A stretch of DNA of 64,000 nucleotides from Barnesiella sp. (GTDB lineage Bacteria; Bacteroidota; Bacteroidia; Bacteroidales; Barnesiellaceae_A), in NCBI GenBank assembly GCA_045645425.1, contig JAZRIS010000001.1, positions 76,592 through 140,591 of the forward strand, written 5' to 3'. The translations under genes were made by a program, and so were the position numbers. This document shows, in pieces, positions 57,352-64,000 of the stretch. The notes below the pieces were generated by a model. It had not been told where the DNA came from, made no database searches, and saw only the letters and a program-made list of their open reading frames with translations. Position 1 is the stretch's first letter. Each line of letters starts with the position of its first letter.

Positions 57352-59979
57352 ATGGACAAAGAACTTGCAACCAAATATGTACCCGACGAAGTAGAATCGA
57401 AGTGGTACAACTACTGGTTAGAGAATAAACTCTTCGAGTCGAAACCCGACAGCCGCGAGCCATACACGATTGTCATTCCCCCGCCCAACGTAACGGGTAT
57501 CTTGCACATGGGACACATGCTCAACAACACCATACAAGATATTCTCGTGCGTCGCGCCCGTATGGAAGGCAAAAACACCCTTTGGGTGCCCGGTACCGAC
57601 CACGCCTCTATCGCCACCGAAGCCAAGGTGGTTGCCAAGCTCGCCACTCAAGGCATTAAGAAAAACGACCTCTCACGAGAGGAGTTTCTCAAACACGCTT
57701 GGGAGTGGAAAGAAGAACACGGAGGCATCATTCTCAAACAGTTGCAACGTTTGGGCGCATCGTGCGATTGGTCACGCACCGCATTCACCATGGACAACAC
57801 CCGCAGCGAGAGCGTATTGCGAGTTTTTGTCGATTTGTTCAACAAAGGCCTTATCTATCGCGGCGTGCGCATGGTTAATTGGGACCCTCAAGCGCTCACC
57901 GCTCTCTCCGACGAAGAGGTTATATACAAAGACGAGCACAGCAAGCTCTACCACCTTCGCTACTATGTAGAGGGTGAAGACCGCTATATCGTAGTTGCCA
58001 CCACTCGCCCCGAAACAATATTGGGCGATACTGCCGTGTGCGTCAATCCCAACGACGAACGCTACTCATGGCTCAAAGGCAAGCGTGTCACCATACCCTT
58101 GGTAGGTCGCACTATTCCCATCATCATGGACGAATACGTTGAAATGGAGTTTGGTACCGGATGCTTGAAGGTTACTCCCGCCCACGACGTAAACGACTAT
58201 ATGCTGGGCGAAAAATATAACCTCCCCTCAATCGACATCTTCAACGACAACGGCACAATAAGCCAAGAAGGTGGCATGTATATAGGCATGGACCGCTTTG
58301 ACGTGCGCACTCAAATCGTTAAAGACCTCGCCGAAGCCAACTTGCTCGAAAAGGTAGAAGAATATGACAACAAAGTGGGTTATAGCGAACGTACAAACGT
58401 TGTCATCGAGCCCAAGCTCTCGATGCAATGGTTCTTGAAAATGGGCGACTTGGCACGCCCCGCCCTCGATGCCGTCATGAACGACGACATCAAATTCCAC
58501 CCCGCCAAATTCAAGAATACCTATCGCCACTGGATGGAAAACATCAAAGACTGGTGTATATCTCGCCAACTATGGTGGGGTCACCGCATACCGGCCTACT
58601 TCCTCCCCGAAGGCGGATATGTTGTAGCTGCCTCTATCGAAGAAGCTCTTGAATTGGCTCGCGAAAAAACAGGCAACGCCAATCTCCAAGCAAGCGACCT
58701 CCGTCAAGACGAAGATTGCCTCGATACTTGGTTCTCTTCTTGGTTGTGGCCTATCTCGCTCTTTGACGGTATCAACAACCCCGACAACGAGGAGTTTAAA
58801 TACTACTACCCCACTGCCGACCTCGTTACAGGACCCGACATCATCTTCTTCTGGATTGCCCGTATGATTATGGCAGGATACGAGTTCTGCCAACTCCCGC
58901 CCTTCCGCAACGTATATTTCACAGGTATCGTGCGCGACAAGATTGGTCGCAAGATGTCAAAATCGCTTGGCAACTCGCCCGATGCACTCGGCCTTATCGA
59001 CCAATTTGGTGCCGATGGCGTGCGCATGGGACTCATGCTTGCCGCACCCGCCGGCAACGACATCCTTTACGACGACTCGTTGTGCGAGCAAGGTCGCAAC
59101 TTCTGCAACAAGATATGGAACGCATTCCGCCTTGTTAAGGGCTGGAGCGTGGATGAAAATATTGCTCAACCCGACACTGCCGCTACTGCCGTGCGATGGT
59201 TTGATGCGCAGCTCTCCAAAACACTCGCCGAGGTCAAGGACTTGTTCTCCAAATTCCGCCTCTCCGAGGCTCTCATGGCTGTATATAAGCTATTCTGGGA
59301 CGAGTTTTCTTCATGGTATCTCGAAGTTGTCAAGCCCGGTTATCAACTCCCCATTGATGGTGCCACATACCGTGCTACACTCAACTTCTTCGATGCTCTA
59401 TTGCGCATGTTGCACCCCTTCATGCCCTTCATCACCGAAGAGTTGTGGCAACACCTTGCCGAGCGCAACCAAGGCGAAAGCATCATGACTGCTCGCATGC
59501 CCGAGCCCAAGGAGATTGACGAGGCACTTATAGCCGCTTTTGAAACTACCAAGCAAATCATTGCCGGAGTACGCACCGTTCGCTTGCAAAAGAACATCCC
59601 CAACCGCGAGGCTCTCACCATGCAAATTGTGGGCTCTCACAACAACGCCAACGACTGCGTCATCATCAAGCTCACCAACCTATCTCAAATAGATATTGTT
59701 ACCGAGAAAGATGCCAACTCTGCCGCATTCCTTGTAGGCACTACCGAGTATGCCGTACCATTGGGCAACAATATCGACGTTGAAGCCGAGCTTGCCAAGC
59801 TCAACGAAGACCTCAAATACATGCAGGGCTTCTTGCGCACCGTTATGGGCAAACTCTCAAACGAGAGATTTGTAAACAACGCTCCTGCTCAAGTAGTAGA
59901 ACTCGAACGCAAGAAAAAAGCCGATGCCGAAAGCAAGATAAAATCTATCGAAGAGCGCATCGCTGCATTGAGCAAATAA
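57352..59979 (+). CDS. valS: Valine--tRNA ligase
   Basis: 875 aa. HIGH-type motif GILHMGH, KMSKS motif, C-terminal coiled coil. Confidence 0.97.
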   Translation: MDKELATKYVPDEVESKWYNYWLENKLFESKPDSREPYTIVIPPPNVTGILHMGHMLNNTIQDILVRRARMEGKNTLWVPGTDHASIATEAKVVAKLATQGIKKNDLSREEFLKHAWEWKEEHGGIILKQLQRLGASCDWSRTAFTMDNTRSESVLRVFVDLFNKGLIYRGVRMVNWDPQALTALSDEEVIYKDEHSKLYHLRYYVEGEDRYIVVATTRPETILGDTAVCVNPNDERYSWLKGKRVTIPLVGRTIPIIMDEYVEMEFGTGCLKVTPAHDVNDYMLGEKYNLPSIDIFNDNGTISQEGGMYIGMDRFDVRTQIVKDLAEANLLEKVEEYDNKVGYSERTNVVIEPKLSMQWFLKMGDLARPALDAVMNDDIKFHPAKFKNTYRHWMENIKDWCISRQLWWGHRIPAYFLPEGGYVVAASIEEALELAREKTGNANLQASDLRQDEDCLDTWFSSWLWPISLFDGINNPDNEEFKYYYPTADLVTGPDIIFFWIARMIMAGYEFCQLPPFRNVYFTGIVRDKIGRKMSKSLGNSPDALGLIDQFGADGVRMGLMLAAPAGNDILYDDSLCEQGRNFCNKIWNAFRLVKGWSVDENIAQPDTAATAVRWFDAQLSKTLAEVKDLFSKFRLSEALMAVYKLFWDEFSSWYLEVVKPGYQLPIDGATYRATLNFFDALLRMLHPFMPFITEELWQHLAERNQGESIMTARMPEPKEIDEALIAAFETTKQIIAGVRTVRLQKNIPNREALTMQIVGSHNNANDCVIIKLTNLSQIDIVTEKDANSAAFLVGTTEYAVPLGNNIDVEAELAKLNEDLKYMQGFLRTVMGKLSNERFVNNAPAQVVELERKKKADAESKIKSIEERIAALSK

Positions 59980-60003
59980 CAGACACTACCTCTCCTTTAT
60001 ATA

Positions 60004-60038
60004 GGCCGCATAAAGCACCATCTTTATGCGGTCTTTTT
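60004..60038 (+). terminator. Rho-independent terminator of valS
   Basis: GGCCGCATAAAG-caccat-CTTTATGCGGTC followed by TTTTT. Confidence 0.85.
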
Positions 60039-60121
60039 GTCACATCCTTTCTGTAATTTTTCGCACACGTTTATCCGGCGAAAATTTCAACAAAAGAGTT
60101 TGAGCTTACAACATTTTTGCC

Positions 60122-60129
60122 TATCTTTG
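60122..60129 (+). promoter_or_regulatory. -7 promoter box TATCTTTG for the small ORF, dxs and trkA
   Basis: Exact TAnnTTTG match, 61 nt upstream of the ATG at 60190. Confidence 0.5.
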
Positions 60130-60189
60130 TAAATTACATTATTATGCACACATTGTGCCACAACAACACATAAAACAACTGTAAATCAG

Positions 60190-60375
60190 ATGGCAAAAAG
60201 AAAATTTACAACCTTCAACATTATATGCCTCGTATCATTGTGGGTCATATTGTGCGGCTGTGTATTGGCATACAGTCCTCTCAATTTCATGACTATATTC
60301 ACAATCATAGCATCGGGCATCATCGTTTTTGTCCCTATTTACAAGAATAAAAAAAGAGAGAAAGATAACCGATAG
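60190..60375 (+). CDS. Small hypothetical two-TM membrane protein
   Basis: 61 aa with two hydrophobic segments and a basic tail. A promoter box lies upstream, and dxs follows 21 nt downstream. Confidence 0.45.
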   Translation: MAKRKFTTFNIICLVSLWVILCGCVLAYSPLNFMTIFTIIASGIIVFVPIYKNKKREKDNR

Positions 60376-60396
60376 GGCTATCAATACCATACTGCC

Positions 60397-62301
60397 ATGA
60401 ACAAAGATAATATAACAAACATACTCTCAACGATAGACACACCCGACGACTTGCGCAAACTCAGTGTTGCCGAGTTGCCCGCCGTATGTCAAGAGTTGCG
60501 CAACCACATCATCGACGCTTGCTCTACCAACCCCGGTCACTTTGGGTCGAGCATGGGTGCCGTTGAGATTACGGTTGCCTTGCACTATGTTTTCAACACA
60601 CCCTACGACCGCATAGTATGGGACGTAGGTCATCAGGCATACAGTCACAAGCTACTCACCGGTCGTCGCAATCGTTTCGACACCAATCGCAAACTCAATG
60701 GATTGAGCGGATTTCCCAATCCCGCCGAAAGCCCATACGACGCTTTCATAGGAGGCCACGCATCCAACTCTATCTCGGCGGCATTGGGCATGGCTATTGC
60801 CACCAAGTTGCAGAACGACACTCCTCATCGCAAGGTGGTTGCCGTCATTGGCGATGCCTCTATTGCTGGCGGATTGGCCTTTGAGGGTCTTAACAACGCC
60901 TCTATCAACCCTAACGACCTGCTCATTATCCTCAACGATAACGACATGGCCATCGACCACAATGTGGGTGGATTGAACAGCTATCTTGTCAATATCACCA
61001 CCTCGCGTCGATACAACAACATGCGCAACGGAATTTACCAATTCCTCAAGAAACTGCGACTCATTGGCGACTCAAGCAAAGGCTCTATATTGCGCTTTAA
61101 CAACAGCCTCAAGTCACTCCTATCCAAGCAACAAAACATCTTTGAAGGTCTTAACATCCGATACTTCGGCCCGGCCGACGGACACGATGTCGAGAATATT
61201 GTGCGCATCTTGCAAACAATCAAGGACATGAAAGGCCCCAAAATACTGCACTTATGCACCAAAAAAGGCAAAGGATACAAGCCTGCCGAGCTATCGCCCA
61301 CTCTATGGCACGCTCCCGGCAAGTTTAACAAAGATACCGGCGAGATTGTACGCAATACCGCTCCCAACCAACCCAGCAAATTCCAAGACGTTTTTGGACA
61401 CACTTTGGTAGAGCTGGCCGAACAAAACGAGCGCATTGTTTCTATCACTCCCGCCATGCCCACAGGCAGCTCTATGAACTTCATGATGGAACGTTTCCCC
61501 AAACGCTCCTTCGACGTGGGTATCTCGGAAGAACATGCCGTTACCTTCTCGGCCGGTCTTGCCAAGGATGGCATGCTACCCTTCTGCTGCATATATTCGA
61601 GCTTTATGCAACGTGCCTACGACGAGATTATTCACGATGTTGCCATACAAAATCTCCCCGTCTCTTTCTGTATAGACCGTGCCGGTATCGTTGGAGAAGA
61701 TGGTGTTACCCACCACGGATGTTTCGACTTGAGCTTCTTGCGTAGCATTCCCAACATGATTGTTTCGGCTCCCATGGACGAGCACACCTTGCGCCATTTG
61801 TTATACACGGCTCAAGCTGTCGAGCATGGTCCGCTTGCCATACGATACCCTCGTGGCGGTGGCGAAATTGTAGATTGGCGTTGCCCCATGCAACTCATTC
61901 CCATAGGCAAGGGTCGCAAGCTCACCGACGGCAATGGCGATATAGCCATATTGAGCATAGGTAACATAGGAACTACCGTTGCCCACGCCATCGAGAAAGC
62001 ACAAGAACAAGGTTGCAATGCGGCTCATTACGATATGATTTTCCTCAAGCCCATCGACGAGGAGATATTGCAAGAGGTTGCCCGGAAATACAGTCGCATC
62101 ATTACCGTCGAGAATGGTACTATTGTGGGCGGTCTGGGCAGTGCCGTTATGGAATGGATGAACGACCACGGTTACACTCCGCGCATCAAGCGTATCGGTA
62201 TTCCCGATACTTTCATCGCTCAAGGTACCGTTGCCGAGTTGCACAAACTGTGTGGAATGGATACCGATAGTATCGTTACATTGCTCACAACTCAATGGTA
62301 A
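60397..62301 (+). CDS. dxs: 1-deoxy-D-xylulose-5-phosphate synthase
   Basis: 634 aa. VWDVGHQAY motif and TPP-binding motif [17 protein letters not shown]. Confidence 0.96.
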   Translation: MNKDNITNILSTIDTPDDLRKLSVAELPAVCQELRNHIIDACSTNPGHFGSSMGAVEITVALHYVFNTPYDRIVWDVGHQAYSHKLLTGRRNRFDTNRKLNGLSGFPNPAESPYDAFIGGHASNSISAALGMAIATKLQNDTPHRKVVAVIGDASIAGGLAFEGLNNASINPNDLLIILNDNDMAIDHNVGGLNSYLVNITTSRRYNNMRNGIYQFLKKLRLIGDSSKGSILRFNNSLKSLLSKQQNIFEGLNIRYFGPADGHDVENIVRILQTIKDMKGPKILHLCTKKGKGYKPAELSPTLWHAPGKFNKDTGEIVRNTAPNQPSKFQDVFGHTLVELAEQNERIVSITPAMPTGSSMNFMMERFPKRSFDVGISEEHAVTFSAGLAKDGMLPFCCIYSSFMQRAYDEIIHDVAIQNLPVSFCIDRAGIVGEDGVTHHGCFDLSFLRSIPNMIVSAPMDEHTLRHLLYTAQAVEHGPLAIRYPRGGGEIVDWRCPMQLIPIGKGRKLTDGNGDIAILSIGNIGTTVAHAIEKAQEQGCNAAHYDMIFLKPIDEEILQEVARKYSRIITVENGTIVGGLGSAVMEWMNDHGYTPRIKRIGIPDTFIAQGTVAELHKLCGMDTDSIVTLLTTQW

Positions 62302-62316
62302 AGAAAGGATTGTAAA

Positions 62317-63651
62317 ATGAGAATTGTTATTGCAGGAGCCGGAGAAGTAGGACTTCACCTTGCCAAAATGCTTTCTCGCGAGGAGTTGGATGTGGTATTG
62401 GTCGATAGCAACGAAGAGGTGCTATCGGAGGTTGAAAACAACTACAACCTCATCGCCATTACAGGCAACCCCACATCTTTCGACACGCTCAAGCGGGCGG
62501 GTGTAGCCGATGCCGACCTCTTTCTTGCCGTCACTCCCTACGAAACACGCAATATCGTTGCTTGCACAATAGCATCATCATTGGGCGCAAACAAGACCGT
62601 TGCTCGCATCGACAACTTCGATTATTTGAGCAAAGAGAGTCGCAAGCACTTCAAATCTATGGGTGTCGATGACCTCATCTATCCCGAGAAATTGGCTTGT
62701 GAGGAGGTACTTGCAGCCATGCGACACACATGGGCGCGCAGTTGGTTTGAGCTGCACAATGGCGCATTGATACTCGTTGCTGTCAAGTTGCGCGACAATG
62801 CCAGCATACTCAATCGCAAGCTCTATGAGCTCACAAGCAACAGCAACCTGTTTCACATTGCCGCCATCAAGCGTCACAACCGCACCATCATCCCTCGCGG
62901 TAACGACGAGGTATTGCAAGGCGATATTGTATATTTTACAACCACACCCGAGTATGTCGAGGGCATACGAGAGATATGCGGCAAGCAACAAGTTGATGTC
63001 AAGAATATCATCATCTTGGGTGGCAGTCGCATAGCCATACGCATAGCCCAAGAAGTAGGCGATGATGTAAGAATAAAACTCATCGAAAAAGATCGCAACA
63101 AGAGCTACCGATTGGTCGAAAAGATGCGCAATACGACTATCATTCAAGGTGATGCACGCGACGAAGAGCTGCTCTCTGAAGTGGGTATCGCCGACACCGA
63201 CATGTTCATTGCCTTGAGCGACAGCTCCGAAACAAACATTCTGGCTTGCCTCACAGCCAAGCAAATGGGCGTTCCCCGCACCGTAGCCGAAGTAGAAGAT
63301 ATACAATACATCGCCACTGCCGAAAACCTCAATATCGGTACGGTGATTAACAAGAAACTCATTGCGGCAAGTCACATCTTCCAGCTGTTGCTCGATGCCG
63401 ACTCAAGCAATGCCAAGTGCCTCGCCTTTGCCGATGCCGAGGTCGTGGAGTTGATTGCCAAGCCCGGCTCCAAAATCACACGCCGTCCGGTCAAGGAGCT
63501 CAATCTGCCCATCGACATGACGCTGGGTGGTGTCATCCACAAGGGTGTGGGTACGATTGTGTCGGGTAATACTCAAATACAAGAGAACGACCATGTCTTG
63601 GTTTTCTGCCTCGACACGGCTCTCAGCAAATTGGATCGTTGGTTTGGATAA
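62317..63651 (+). CDS. trkA: Trk system potassium uptake protein TrkA
   Basis: 444 aa. Two Rossmann-type RCK-N domains (IVIAGAGEVGLHLA and IIILGGSRIAIRIA). Confidence 0.92.
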   Translation: MRIVIAGAGEVGLHLAKMLSREELDVVLVDSNEEVLSEVENNYNLIAITGNPTSFDTLKRAGVADADLFLAVTPYETRNIVACTIASSLGANKTVARIDNFDYLSKESRKHFKSMGVDDLIYPEKLACEEVLAAMRHTWARSWFELHNGALILVAVKLRDNASILNRKLYELTSNSNLFHIAAIKRHNRTIIPRGNDEVLQGDIVYFTTTPEYVEGIREICGKQQVDVKNIIILGGSRIAIRIAQEVGDDVRIKLIEKDRNKSYRLVEKMRNTTIIQGDARDEELLSEVGIADTDMFIALSDSSETNILACLTAKQMGVPRTVAEVEDIQYIATAENLNIGTVINKKLIAASHIFQLLLDADSSNAKCLAFADAEVVELIAKPGSKITRRPVKELNLPIDMTLGGVIHKGVGTIVSGNTQIQENDHVLVFCLDTALSKLDRWFG

Positions 63652-63663
63652 TACAATAGCAAG

Positions 63664-64000
63664 ATGAACAAGATACATATAGGCATAATACTACGCATTC
63701 TCGGAATACTACTCTGTTTCGAGGCTGTATTGATGTTCATCCCCACAGCCGTATCGTTCTATTACCACGAACCCGACTGCTGGGCTTTTCTCCTCTCGTC
63801 TATTGCCACGCTCATCGTGGGTGGCTCATTGGCCTATCGTCTGCGCCACTGTCGCCAAACAATGGGTCGTCGCGACGGTATTTTGTTAGGTACTGCCGTA
63901 TGGATTGTATTTGCATTCATGGGCATGTTACCGTTCTTGAGCATTTGCCCCTCATTTACCGATGCAGTATTTGAAACCGTGTCGGCTACTACAACAACAG
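63664..64000 (+). CDS. trkH: Trk-type potassium transporter membrane subunit TrkH, 3' end cut by window edge
   Basis: My own translation from the ATG at 63664 gives MNKIHIGIILRILGILLCFEAVLMFIPTAVSFYY...FTDAVFETVSATTTT. Hydrophobic TrkH-like N-terminus, directly after trkA. Confidence 0.8.
   Translation, partial: MNKIHIGIILRILGILLCFEAVLMFIPTAVSFYYHEPDCWAFLLSSIATLIVGGSLAYRLRHCRQTMGRRDGILLGTAVWIVFAFMGMLPFLSICPSFTDAVFETVSATTTT

Noticed and set aside
1-64000. Search for tRNA, rRNA, CRISPR, transposase, integrase, phage or toxin-antitoxin genes.
   Set aside because: None were recognised by eye in the intergenic regions or the ORF translations. This is a manual scan only, so tRNAscan-SE, Infernal and ISfinder-type searches would be needed to make the negative result firm.

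Overview
This window looks like a chromosomal segment from a Bacteroidales (Bacteroidota) genome. I ran no homology search or folding program, so every family name below comes from motif recognition and memory and needs HMM or BLAST confirmation. The taxonomic call rests on three things: a TAnnTTTG -7 promoter box 20-75 nt upstream of most operons, many lipoproteins, and signal peptides that end in ...A|Q.

Most of the window is housekeeping. It holds uvrA (5' end cut by the window), a threonine aldolase-like gene, pyrK-pyrD, rlmD, proC, rsmA, mgtE, pepD, valS, dxs, trkA and trkH (3' end cut by the window). It also holds a five-gene tetR/tolC/adaptor/RND efflux operon that ends in a small P-II-like gene. 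I found no rRNA, tRNA, CRISPR array, transposase or integrase.

The accessory part runs from about 18.4 to 37.5 kb. The pieces that deserve a second look are:
1. A tightly packed six-gene operon (24572-33686) with four modular surface-type lipoproteins and two small paralogous beta-barrels. It has none of the usual PUL or pilus genes.
2. A convergent five-gene operon (33785-37151) with four tandem paralogous beta-barrel genes. They share a nucleotide-conserved mature N-terminus (QLITAAQTITVKEK) and diverge in short patches.
3. A roughly 195-nt multi-segment hairpin followed by a U-tract (37201-37400, minus strand). It sits between a good promoter box and that second operon, and I could not assign it to any RNA class.
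4. A secreted protein that carries four near-identical 120-bp tandem coding repeats.
5. A low-GC AAA+ ATPase segment bracketed by two copies of a 36-nt hairpin repeat.

Separately, ppdK (pyruvate, phosphate dikinase) is interrupted by a single in-frame TAG at a position I recall as a conserved Trp codon.
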